Source: an uncultured Halanaerobiales bacterium (GTDB taxonomy: Bacteria > Bacillota > Halanaerobiia > Halanaerobiales > M55B127). From it: a stretch of 64,000 nucleotides of DNA. The notes under the pieces were generated by a model that was not told the origin of the DNA, ran no database searches, and worked only from the letters and a program-made list of their open reading frames with translations. The position numbers and the translations under genes are program-made. The first letter of the stretch is position 1, and each line of letters starts with the position of its first letter. Below, in pieces: positions 17,681 to 27,345 of the stretch. The stretch spans positions 22,005-86,004 of the forward strand of contig CAYSHP010000001.1 of the NCBI GenBank assembly GCA_964430875.1, written 5' to 3'.

Positions 17681-20014
17681 ATGTTAACTTATCATAAAAT
17701 GAAAAGTGAAAAACCACCTCTTTATGATTATGAACCCTGGAGGATAACTGAAAAAGAGTTTAAAACAGAAAATAATCATCATAATGAAACTATTTTTACT
17801 TTAGGTAACGGTTATATGGGGTTGAGAGGTACTCTAGAAGAAGACTATAATGGACCTTCTAATACAACTACACCCGGTTTTTATATAAATGGTATATATG
17901 AAGAAGAAAAAATAATTTATGGAGAATTTGCTCCCAAACAGCCTAAATATTATCAGACTATGATTAATCTTATGGACTGGAAGACTATCAATTTATTTCT
18001 TGAAGATGAAAAGTTTGATATTTTAAAAGGTGAAGTTGAAGATTATCAAAGATATTTAGATATTAAAAATGGATTATTAAAAAGGGAATTGATCTGGACT
18101 TCTCAGCAAGGCAAGAAAATCAAATTGGAAATTGAGAGGATAGTATCTTTTGAATATAAACATATAGGTGTTATTAATTACAATATTACTCCCTTAAATT
18201 TTGATGGTAAAATCACTATTGAGAGCAGTTTAATTGGTGATGTACAAAACTCCCATCATCTAAGAGATAGAAGTCCCTTGATAATAGATAAAAAAGGTAT
18301 TGACAGTCAGTTTTTATATTTAATGGTTACAACTAAAAATTCGAATATTTCAGTTGGTAGTACTATCTATAACCAAATAGAGGGAATAGAGGAAAGTTCA
18401 ATAATTCGCAGAGAAAATATCCAGAAAAATAATATTAAAGAAGTATATGAGATTAATGTTAAAGAGCAGAAAACATATAGTTTAGAAAAGTATGCTAGTT
18501 TTTATACTTCACATGATGAAATCAATAAAGATGAGATACTTTCCAGTTGTTTTCAAGCAGTAAAAAAAGCAAATAAAATGGGTTATAATAATATAAAAGA
18601 CAGTCAAAAAGAGTATCTTAAAGATTACTGGTATTATTCTGATGTTAACATTGAAGGAGATAAAGCACTTCAACAGGCTTTTAGATATAATGCTTTACAA
18701 ATATTGCAGTCTACTGGTAAAGATGGTAAAACAAATATTGCTGCAAAAGGCTTAACCGGTGAATATTATGAAGGACATTACTTTTGGGACACAGAGACTT
18801 ATATCATTCCCTTTTTCTTATATAGTCATCCTGATATAGCTAAACAACTGCTAAATTATCGTTATGAAATTTTAGATTCGGCTCGAGATAATGCTAAAAG
18901 AATGAAATTAGAAGGTGCCTTGTTTCCTTGGAGAACAATTAATGGTAATGAGGCTTCCGGAAACTTTCTTGGTTCTACTGTCCAGTATCATATAAATGCA
19001 GATATTGCCTTTGCGATTAAAAACTATGTACAGGCGACTGAGGATATGGAATTCTTATATAATAAAGGAGCTGAAATACTATTTGAAACTGCTCGTATGT
19101 GGGTAAGTTTGGGCCATTTTGAAGAATTAAAAGATGGCCAATTTTGTATAAATGAAGCCTGTGGTCCAGATGAATATAAACCTGCTGTTAATAATAATTG
19201 TTATACCAATTATATGGCTAAATTTAATTTAGAATATGCTTTTGAAGTATATAAAGAAATGAAAAACAATAAGCCCAAAAAATTTGGGGAAATTAAAGCT
19301 AAGATTAATTTAAGTGAAAACGAAATTGAGGAATGGAGAAATGCTGCTAATGAGATGTTTTTACCCTACAATGAAAGGTTGGGTATAAATCCGCAGGATG
19401 ATTCTTTTTTATACAAAGAAGAAATAGATATTGAATCTATATCAATACAAGAACTGCCTTTAGTTCAAAACTGGCATCCCCTGACAATTTGGAAGTATCA
19501 AATAATAAAGCAAGCGGATGTAATATTATTAATGCTCTTTATGGGAGATAAGTTTAGTAAAGAACTTAAAAGGAAGAATTATGATTACTATGAATCAAAA
19601 ACTACTCATGATTCATCTTTATCTCCCTCTATATACAGTATTATTGCTTCTGAAATTGGTTACTATGATGACGCCTATGATTACTTTATTCAAACTGCCC
19701 GTCTGGATTTAGATGATTATAATGAAAATGCGTATCAGGGACTTCATACAGCCTGTATGGGGAGCAACTGGATGGTATTAGTGCAAGGCTTTGCCGGAAT
19801 GAGAACATATAAGGGTATCTTATCATTTGATCCATATTTACCGGAAAAATGGAATGGTTACGAATTTAAAATCAGATACAAAGGTTCATTATTAAATGTA
19901 CATGTTAGAGAAGAAACTGAATATACTTTACTAAAGGGAAATAGTATTAAGTTCACTCATAAAAATAAGGAGATTGAATTGGATCAGGAGCAAAACTATA
20001 TCTCACTAACATAG
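17681..20014 (+). CDS. glycoside hydrolase family 65 disaccharide phosphorylase (kojibiose/maltose/trehalose-phosphorylase-like)
   Basis: 777 aa; GNGYMGLRG N-terminal domain, (alpha/alpha)6 core, catalytic-acid region CGPDEY. Confidence 0.85.
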   Translation: MLTYHKMKSEKPPLYDYEPWRITEKEFKTENNHHNETIFTLGNGYMGLRGTLEEDYNGPSNTTTPGFYINGIYEEEKIIYGEFAPKQPKYYQTMINLMDWKTINLFLEDEKFDILKGEVEDYQRYLDIKNGLLKRELIWTSQQGKKIKLEIERIVSFEYKHIGVINYNITPLNFDGKITIESSLIGDVQNSHHLRDRSPLIIDKKGIDSQFLYLMVTTKNSNISVGSTIYNQIEGIEESSIIRRENIQKNNIKEVYEINVKEQKTYSLEKYASFYTSHDEINKDEILSSCFQAVKKANKMGYNNIKDSQKEYLKDYWYYSDVNIEGDKALQQAFRYNALQILQSTGKDGKTNIAAKGLTGEYYEGHYFWDTETYIIPFFLYSHPDIAKQLLNYRYEILDSARDNAKRMKLEGALFPWRTINGNEASGNFLGSTVQYHINADIAFAIKNYVQATEDMEFLYNKGAEILFETARMWVSLGHFEELKDGQFCINEACGPDEYKPAVNNNCYTNYMAKFNLEYAFEVYKEMKNNKPKKFGEIKAKINLSENEIEEWRNAANEMFLPYNERLGINPQDDSFLYKEEIDIESISIQELPLVQNWHPLTIWKYQIIKQADVILLMLFMGDKFSKELKRKNYDYYESKTTHDSSLSPSIYSIIASEIGYYDDAYDYFIQTARLDLDDYNENAYQGLHTACMGSNWMVLVQGFAGMRTYKGILSFDPYLPEKWNGYEFKIRYKGSLLNVHVREETEYTLLKGNSIKFTHKNKEIELDQEQNYISLT

Positions 20015-20027
20015 GGGCCAAATAATT

Positions 20028-20930
20028 ATGAAATTAGCAGAAAATGATATAAAAATATATATAATATTAGCAATAGGGGTCTTTATTATTTCTTTTTCAG
20101 GCATAATAATCAAAGTAATCACCGCACCACCGTTAATTATTGCCTTCTATAGGGTTTTTTTAACTTCAATATTTTTAACGCCTTTGTTTCTTGCAAAATA
20201 TAGAGATTCTTTTAAGTATTTTTTAGATATCAGACCGGCCATAGTTGGTTTTGTATTAGCTTTACACTTTTATGCCTGGATTTCGGCAGTACATTTAACC
20301 AATGTAGCTAATGCAGTAATATTTATTGCTATTCAGCCTTTATTTACTCTTTTATTAGAGTACTTATTTGCCAAAGAAGATGTTAGAAAAGGTGCTATTG
20401 CCGGTGTATTATTTGCCCTAATAGGTAGTGTTATAATCAGTTTTTCTGACTTATATATAATTTTAACCCGATTTTATGGTGATATGCTAGCTATTTTAGC
20501 AGCATTTTTAGCGGCCTGTTATTTATTTTTGGGGAGAAGTTTTAGAAAAGAAATTAAATATATACCCTATATCTATATTTTATATACCTACTGTGCATTT
20601 TTCTTGTTTATCTTTATATTGATTTCCGGAAACTCTTTTACTGGTTATGAAAGTATGAACTATTTTTATATTTTGCTTTTAGCTTTGGGACCAACTTTAA
20701 TTGGACATTCAGTCTTGAACTTATCAATAAGATATGTGCCAGCCACTATTGTATCTTTAGCAATATTAGGAGAGCCTATCATGACTACTTTCTTGGCTTT
20801 AATAATATTAGAAGAAACCCTTACTAAAGCGACTATTATTGGAGGCATATTAATATTATATGGAATATTTAGAGCCATAAATTCTAATCAAAAGAAAAAA
20901 CAAAAGATTGCAGGTGAAAAAACAAAATGA
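20028..20930 (+). CDS. EamA/DMT-family transporter
   Basis: 10-TM protein with a duplicated EamA-like architecture. Confidence 0.75.
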   Translation: MKLAENDIKIYIILAIGVFIISFSGIIIKVITAPPLIIAFYRVFLTSIFLTPLFLAKYRDSFKYFLDIRPAIVGFVLALHFYAWISAVHLTNVANAVIFIAIQPLFTLLLEYLFAKEDVRKGAIAGVLFALIGSVIISFSDLYIILTRFYGDMLAILAAFLAACYLFLGRSFRKEIKYIPYIYILYTYCAFFLFIFILISGNSFTGYESMNYFYILLLALGPTLIGHSVLNLSIRYVPATIVSLAILGEPIMTTFLALIILEETLTKATIIGGILILYGIFRAINSNQKKKQKIAGEKTK

Positions 20931-21892
20931 AAGAGGAAAAATTTAATATATTTAAAAATAAATATTCGGTAGCCATCTTAGCTATAATTGCCTGTATTTT
21001 ATGGGGGAGTGCTTTTCCTTCTCTAAAGGTTAGTTATTCACTTTTAGAATTAGAAAATAGTGGCCCTTTTAATAAAATGCTATTTGCTTCTTATAGATTT
21101 ATGTTGGCTTCTATAATGTTGATTTTATTTATTATTATTAAGTCTGGTTTTAAGAGGCTTAAATTAAAAAGAAAAAATTATATTCATCTTATTTTATTAG
21201 GTTTAATTCAAACTTGTGGACAGTATGCTTTTTTCTATAATGGACTTGCTAACACCACAGGTGTTAAAGCCTCTATTTTAATTACTTCCGGTATATTTTT
21301 TACTGTGATAGCTTCTCATTTCATTTATAAAGATGACAAATTAAATAAAATAAAGAGCTTCGGATTACTTTTAGGTATCATCGGAGTCATTTTAATTAAT
21401 GTTAGTAGAGGAAATGTTAATTTTGTATTTAATCTTAATGGTGAAGGTTTAATCATTATGACCGGGGTAATGAGCACAATTGCTATCTTATATGTTAAGT
21501 ATTTATCCAAAGAAATAGACATTATGATCATTACTTCTTATCAAATGTTTTTTGGTTCATTTACCTTGTTTTTAATTTCTTTAAGTGGAGCTGATTTGAC
21601 TTCAGTCAATTTTGATTTTAAATCAGGTTTGCTATTAATTTACTTGGCCTTTATTTCAGCAGCCGCTTTTGCCTTATGGTATACCTTAATTAAATTTAAT
21701 AAGGTGGGTTATATAACAATCTATAAATTTATTGTTCCGGTCAGTGGGGTCTTTCTTTCAGCATTTTTCATAATTACAGAAACAATTAATTTAAATGCTT
21801 TTATAGCTTTAATCTTAGTCTCTTTAGGAATAATTACCATCAACATGCCTCAAAATATGTTTGCGAAAAATTTGGAAACAAAAGGAGGATGA
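20927..21892 (+). CDS. EamA/DMT-family transporter
   Basis: Second 10-TM EamA-type protein; its start overlaps the previous stop by 4 nt. Confidence 0.75.
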   Translation: MKEEKFNIFKNKYSVAILAIIACILWGSAFPSLKVSYSLLELENSGPFNKMLFASYRFMLASIMLILFIIIKSGFKRLKLKRKNYIHLILLGLIQTCGQYAFFYNGLANTTGVKASILITSGIFFTVIASHFIYKDDKLNKIKSFGLLLGIIGVILINVSRGNVNFVFNLNGEGLIIMTGVMSTIAILYVKYLSKEIDIMIITSYQMFFGSFTLFLISLSGADLTSVNFDFKSGLLLIYLAFISAAAFALWYTLIKFNKVGYITIYKFIVPVSGVFLSAFFIITETINLNAFIALILVSLGIITINMPQNMFAKNLETKGG

Positions 21893-21898
21893 ATTTAG

Positions 21899-22552
21899 AT
21901 GAAAAAGTTTGTTTTTAATAAATCTAAAGAATTAGAAAAAGATATTGATGAATACTTAGATACAGTTGAAGAAGCTTTATTAATTTTTGAAAGAGATATA
22001 AATAGATATTTTAATGGGCACTATGATTTATTTGAAGAAAATTTAGATGATATTTTAGATATAGAAAATAAAGCGGACGATATTTTAAAGGATATAAAGT
22101 ATAAGTTATACACATATATGTTGATACCAGAAGCTCGCGGTGATGTATTAACTTTATTAGAAAATATGGATAATGAAGTTGATCTTTGTAAAAAAGTTTT
22201 GATGCAGTTTTCAATTGAAAAACCAGAAATTAGAGAGTTTGTTTTAGCTGAATTTAAAGATTTGTCTAAACAGTCCTTGAATTCAGCTGAAGAATTAGTC
22301 AAGGGTGTCAGAACATACTTTGAAGAGATTTCGATGGTCAATGATTATGTAAATAAAGTTCACTTTTATGAGCATGAAGCTGATAAGATTGAAGAAAGAA
22401 TAAAAAGGAAAGTTTTTAATAGTGAAGATATCGATGACTTTTGTAAAAAAGTGCATCTCAGGCATTTTTCAGAAAGGATCGCTTATTTTTCTGATCTAGC
22501 GGAAGAAATCAGTGAAAAACTTTCTGTAGCAACCATCAAGAGATCTATATAA
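21899..22552 (+). CDS. DUF47 (PhoU-like) phosphate-transport accessory protein
   Basis: Helical acidic ~217-aa protein directly upstream of a PiT transporter, the conserved pairing. Confidence 0.7.
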   Translation: MKKFVFNKSKELEKDIDEYLDTVEEALLIFERDINRYFNGHYDLFEENLDDILDIENKADDILKDIKYKLYTYMLIPEARGDVLTLLENMDNEVDLCKKVLMQFSIEKPEIREFVLAEFKDLSKQSLNSAEELVKGVRTYFEEISMVNDYVNKVHFYEHEADKIEERIKRKVFNSEDIDDFCKKVHLRHFSERIAYFSDLAEEISEKLSVATIKRSI

Positions 22553-22585
22553 AGTTATTTTTTAGAGTATGGAGGATTGAGCTAA

Positions 22586-23629
22586 ATGACTTCTTTATTA
22601 TTTATTTCTAGTGGATTGTTTTTAGGTTGGTCATTAGGAGCAAATGATGCTGCAAATTTATTCGGCACTGCTGTTTCAACTAAGATGGTTCGCTTTACTA
22701 CAGCTGCTATTATAATAAGTGTATTTGTAATTATAGGGGCAGTAGTAAGTGGAGCCGGTACTACAGAAACTCTGGGAACTCTGGGGGCAGTAAACACTTT
22801 GCCAGGTTCTTTTATAGTTGCTCTGGCAGCAGGTATAACTGTTTACCTGATGACTAATTATGAACTGCCTGTTTCTACAACTCAGTCCATAGTTGGCGCA
22901 ATCATAGGTTGGAATATATTTAGTGGATATAATACAGAACTTGATGTCTTAACCAAAATTGTTGGGACATGGGTTTTTTCTCCCATCCTTTCTGCTTTAT
23001 TTGCAATGTTGTTTTTTAAATTTGCTCAGTATATTGTAAATAATTATAGTATTCATTTATTTAAAATAGATATGTATACTAGAATAGGTTTAATTTTAGT
23101 AGGGGCATTTGGTGCTTACAGTTTAGGTGCTAATAATATAGCTAATGTGATGGGGGTATTTACAAAAACTTCTGCTTTAAAAGGTATTGAATTTGGTTTT
23201 ATTACTCTTTCTGATACCCAAGTCTTATTTTTATTGGGAGGAATATCGATTTCGGTTGGGGTTTTTACTTACTCTAAAAGAGTAATGACCACCGTAGGGA
23301 AGAGTATTTTTAAAATTTCCCCGGTGGCCTCTCTCATAGTAGTTCTGTCAAGTTCTACTGTCTTGTTCATATTTGCCTCAGAGGGTCTGAGATCTATTTT
23401 ATTATCCCTTGGGTTGCCGCCTTTACCCTTGGTGCCTGTATCAGGTTCACAAGCTGTTGTCGGAGCTGTGATGGGCATAGGATTGGCAAAAGGAGGGAGA
23501 AACGTTAATTATCGATTGCTTGGCAAAATTGGTCTAGGGTGGATTCTTACACCCTTACTAGCTTTGATTATTGCCTATATTGCTCTGTTTTTTATGCAAA
23601 ATGTTTTTATGCATCAAGTGTATTTGTAG
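22586..23629 (+). CDS. inorganic phosphate transporter, PiT family
   Basis: GANDAAN and GANNIANV PiT signature repeats; polytopic membrane protein. Confidence 0.88.
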   Translation: MTSLLFISSGLFLGWSLGANDAANLFGTAVSTKMVRFTTAAIIISVFVIIGAVVSGAGTTETLGTLGAVNTLPGSFIVALAAGITVYLMTNYELPVSTTQSIVGAIIGWNIFSGYNTELDVLTKIVGTWVFSPILSALFAMLFFKFAQYIVNNYSIHLFKIDMYTRIGLILVGAFGAYSLGANNIANVMGVFTKTSALKGIEFGFITLSDTQVLFLLGGISISVGVFTYSKRVMTTVGKSIFKISPVASLIVVLSSSTVLFIFASEGLRSILLSLGLPPLPLVPVSGSQAVVGAVMGIGLAKGGRNVNYRLLGKIGLGWILTPLLALIIAYIALFFMQNVFMHQVYL

Positions 23630-24920
23630 ATACTTCCATATTTGGTTGTACTTGTTCTGCAGTATAATTTAATTTCTGCATAGCGGGTATCTTGGCAAGA
23701 TAAAGTGATAAACCTAGTGAAGCAATCCCCGCACCTAAAAATAATGTATAAACTGGTACTATATCAAGCAAATAGCCTGTTAAAGCTACAGAAATAGGAA
23801 CTAAAGCCTGTGACATAGTAGACAATAACCCAGTAATTCTTCCCCTTAAATTATCCGGTATAAGTCTCTGCAGCAAAATACTAATTGGTACATTAACTAC
23901 TGCATTTAAAATACCCACTATAAAGAGAATAAACATTAAAGAATAATAAATAGTCATAGTGGAGGTATTTGATAAGACATAAGGTAATAGAGGTACTGCA
24001 ACTATTAACATTAAAATGCTCTGTGAACTGAGAGAATAAAATAAGACTTTAAAATAATTTCTTATCTCCGGTATCTGACTTAAAATAATAGAGCCAATTA
24101 CTGCTCCAGCCGGGAAAATAGATTGGGCAAATCCATAAAGCTGACTATTTACACCTAAGAGTTCTTTATATACAAAAGGAAGTCCTAAAATTACTAAGCC
24201 AGTTGACACAAAATTTAAAAATAATGCTATGGTAAAGAGAGAAACAAGTTCTTTTTTCTTCCATAAAAAGTTAAGTCCGAACTTAATTTCATTTATAATA
24301 GTTGGGCTTTTTTCTATTTCTTTTTCGATTTTAACAGCTGGAATATGAAGAAAGAGCTCAGAAAAAGCAGAGATCAAAAAGGAAATACCATTTATGAAAA
24401 AGACACCGGCAATTCCAAATGAGGCTATTAATATACCACCAACTGCTGCCCCAATTATCTGTGTAAAGTTCATACTAAAATGGTTTAGAGAATTTGCCTT
24501 TTGTAATAATTTATCATTTACTATATTGGGGATTGAGGCAGTTACAGCCGGATTAAAAAATGAGGTACATATAGCTATTAATACAGTTGCTATACCAATG
24601 TGGAAAAAGTTTGCTATACCTATGTAAACTGTATAACCAAGCCAGAGTACAATTAAACCTCTTAAGATATCCATATATACTATTAATCTTTTTCTATCAA
24701 ATTTATCAGCGATAACACCACTAAAGGGACCAATAATAACACCTGGTAAAGTGGATAATAGGAGGATCAGACCAGTGGCCGATCCGCTTCCAGTTATATC
24801 TAAGACAAACCAGACTAATGCAATATAATGGATTCCATTACCTATCCTGGAAACAAACCCACCGAGAAATAATAAAATAAAATCTTTATTTTTTAAAAGT
24901 TTTAAATTAGTTTTTTCCAC
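23607..24920 (-). CDS. MFS transporter
   Basis: 12-TM profile, DKFDRKR loop motif between TM2 and TM3. The 3' end overlaps the PiT gene convergently by 23 nt. Confidence 0.85.
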   Translation of the reverse strand: MEKTNLKLLKNKDFILLFLGGFVSRIGNGIHYIALVWFVLDITGSGSATGLILLLSTLPGVIIGPFSGVIADKFDRKRLIVYMDILRGLIVLWLGYTVYIGIANFFHIGIATVLIAICTSFFNPAVTASIPNIVNDKLLQKANSLNHFSMNFTQIIGAAVGGILIASFGIAGVFFINGISFLISAFSELFLHIPAVKIEKEIEKSPTIINEIKFGLNFLWKKKELVSLFTIALFLNFVSTGLVILGLPFVYKELLGVNSQLYGFAQSIFPAGAVIGSIILSQIPEIRNYFKVLFYSLSSQSILMLIVAVPLLPYVLSNTSTMTIYYSLMFILFIVGILNAVVNVPISILLQRLIPDNLRGRITGLLSTMSQALVPISVALTGYLLDIVPVYTLFLGAGIASLGLSLYLAKIPAMQKLNYTAEQVQPNMEVSTNTLDA

Positions 24921-25168
24921 ATTTATACCTCCAATAATTAATTTCTATGATAATTATACTTAAAAAATTAAATATTGTCAAGTAAATAATTAAAAAAATA
25001 AATTAATAAGTTTATATAATTAATATTTTTAATTAAATATATTAAAACTAATGAATCTTATTAACAACCTATTCAATAAAGGATTTAAACGTTTATTGTA
25101 GAAAATATAAAATTATAAGGAATAAAAGTAAAAAAATATATTTATCATATAATCCAGGGGGGATTAAA

Positions 25169-26413
25169 TTGAAAACACTTGCTTTAATACTTGCAGGTGG
25201 AAGGGGCAGTCGATTGGATATACTATCAGAACATAGAGCTAAACCTAGTGTTCCTTTCGCTGGCAAGTATCGTCTAATTGACTTTGTATTGAGTAACTGT
25301 GTAAATTCTGGTATATATAATGTAGGAGTTTTAACTCAATATTTACCACTTTCACTTAATGATCATATTGGAATCGGTAAACCATGGGACTTAGACCGTA
25401 AGTATGGTGGTATTACAATACTACAACCTTATACCGGTAAAGAAGGTGGCTGGTATAAAGGTACTGCCCATGCTATTTATCAAAACATGAGTTATTTACG
25501 AGGTCAAGACTCCGAGTATATCTTGATATTATCGGGTGATCATTTGTATAAAATGAATTATGATAAAATGGTTGAAGACCATATAGACCGGAATGCTGAT
25601 TTAACTATTGCTGCCCAACGCGTACCCCAGGAAGATGCCAGTAGATTTGGTATATTAGATACTGATAAAACTGGTAAAATTACTGATTTTTTAGAAAAAC
25701 CGGAAAATCCCCCAAATAATCTAGCTTCCATGGGGATTTATGTTTTTACAAAAGATGCTTTAATAAAAGCATTGAATAAATATTGTAGTGCAGAAAAATC
25801 CGACTTTGGTCACCATGTAATTCCACCCATGATAAAAAATAATGAAGTCTATGCTTATGAGTATGAAGGATATTGGCGTGATGTGGGAACTTTAAAATCA
25901 TTTTGGGAGACAAATTTGTCTTTAACAGAACCAATTCCTGAGTTAAACCTTTATGATGAAGATTGGAAAGTTCATACTAAGAGTGTTGAAAAACCACCCG
26001 TAAAATTTGGACCGAACAGTAAATCAAATAATAGTTTATTATCAAATGGTGCTATTATTAATGGTATTGTAGAAAATTCAGTTATATCACCGGGAGTTTA
26101 TATTGAAGAAGGTGTAGTGGTCCGTAACTCAATAATATTTAATGATACAAGAATAAGAAAAAATACTATTATTGATAAATGTATTATTGATAAAGAAGTC
26201 GATATTGGAGAGAACTGTCATATTGGTTTTGGGGATGATCTAACACCTAATGAAGAAAAACCAGATTTACTATTTAATGGATTAAATATAGTAGCAAAGA
26301 GAGCTGAAATTCCAAATAATGTTCAAATTGGTAGAAACTGCAGAATTATGTCTTATACAAGAGAAAAAGACTTTGAAAATAAAAATATAAAAAGTGGTAG
26401 TACAATTGGTTAA
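25169..26413 (+). CDS. glgC: glucose-1-phosphate adenylyltransferase
   Basis: LAGGRGSRL..L...RAKP.VPFAGKYRLIDF N-terminus, C-terminal left-handed beta-helix repeats. Confidence 0.9.
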   Translation: MKTLALILAGGRGSRLDILSEHRAKPSVPFAGKYRLIDFVLSNCVNSGIYNVGVLTQYLPLSLNDHIGIGKPWDLDRKYGGITILQPYTGKEGGWYKGTAHAIYQNMSYLRGQDSEYILILSGDHLYKMNYDKMVEDHIDRNADLTIAAQRVPQEDASRFGILDTDKTGKITDFLEKPENPPNNLASMGIYVFTKDALIKALNKYCSAEKSDFGHHVIPPMIKNNEVYAYEYEGYWRDVGTLKSFWETNLSLTEPIPELNLYDEDWKVHTKSVEKPPVKFGPNSKSNNSLLSNGAIINGIVENSVISPGVYIEEGVVVRNSIIFNDTRIRKNTIIDKCIIDKEVDIGENCHIGFGDDLTPNEEKPDLLFNGLNIVAKRAEIPNNVQIGRNCRIMSYTREKDFENKNIKSGSTIG

Positions 26414-26428
26414 GTTAGGAGGAAGATA

Positions 26429-27298
26429 ATGAAAAACCCAGTACCAAAGGTAGCAGCGATCCATGATTTATCAGGTTATGGAAGAGGTTCTTTAACAACT
26501 GTAATAGAAGTATTAGCAACTATGGGCATTCAACCTTGTCCTCTTCCAACTGCTGTATTATCAACCCATACCGGTGGCTTTAATAATTATAAATTTATTG
26601 ATTTAACGGATGAATTACAAGATTATATAAATCATTGGGAATCTTTAAATATCGGTTTTGATGCTATATACAGTGGATTTTTAGGTTCTATTCATCAAAT
26701 AGAAATTGTTATAGATTTTATAAAAAGATTTAAAAGAGAAGACCAATATGTTATTATAGACCCAGTATTAGGGGATAATGGACAGACCTATGATACATTT
26801 GGTCCTAAAATGATCAGCAAAATGAAAACATTAGTAAAAAAAGCTGACTTAATTACTCCTAACATAACTGAAGCGAAATTTTTACTGGATAAAGAAGATG
26901 TAGGCATTAGTAATGATGATGAAGCTAAAGAATGGTTAAAAGAACTTTCTTCTTTTGGTCCTGATATGGTTGTGATTACTAGTGTAGAAGGTTATACCAA
27001 TAAAGAAAAAACTTCCGTTTTAGCTTATCAAAAAAAGGAAGAACGTTTTTGGAAAGTGGACTGTGATTATATTCCAGCTAACTTTCCTGGTACGGGTGAT
27101 TTATTTACTAGTATATTAGTAGGCAGTATACTATCAGGAGATAGTCTACCGATGGCTATTGATAGAGCTGTTCAGTTTATTTCAATGGCAGTAAGGACAA
27201 CATATGGTTATGATTTTCCAGAAAGAGAGGGTGTATTAATAGAGAGAGTCTTAGCGAATTTAAATTTACCAATTACAGGTAAAAGCTATGAGATTTAA
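26429..27298 (+). CDS. pdxK: pyridoxal/pyridoxamine kinase
   Basis: Ribokinase-fold PL kinase: VAAIHDLSGYGRGSL, GTGDLFTS anion-hole motif. Confidence 0.82.
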   Translation: MKNPVPKVAAIHDLSGYGRGSLTTVIEVLATMGIQPCPLPTAVLSTHTGGFNNYKFIDLTDELQDYINHWESLNIGFDAIYSGFLGSIHQIEIVIDFIKRFKREDQYVIIDPVLGDNGQTYDTFGPKMISKMKTLVKKADLITPNITEAKFLLDKEDVGISNDDEAKEWLKELSSFGPDMVVITSVEGYTNKEKTSVLAYQKKEERFWKVDCDYIPANFPGTGDLFTSILVGSILSGDSLPMAIDRAVQFISMAVRTTYGYDFPEREGVLIERVLANLNLPITGKSYEI

Positions 27299-27345
27299 CC
27301 CTCTATTATAATAATTAATAGACTAATACAATAGGAGGTTTTAAT

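Noticed and set aside
23607-23629. A convergent 23-nt overlap of the PiT and MFS genes, and a similar 26-nt overlap at 30583-30608 between the nucleotidyltransferase and the DUF212 gene, with no terminators between them.
   Set aside because: Short convergent overlaps are common in compact genomes. The exact 3' ends follow from stop codons and imply nothing functional by themselves. They are noted only as possible sites of transcriptional interference.
24921-25168. A 250-nt very AT-rich divergent intergenic region between the MFS gene and glgC, inspected for a riboswitch, sRNA or repeats.
   Set aside because: I could find only weak promoter-like hexamers (for example TTAAAC-17-TAAAAT). There are no stable conserved-looking helices or repeats. 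It is best explained as a divergent promoter region.
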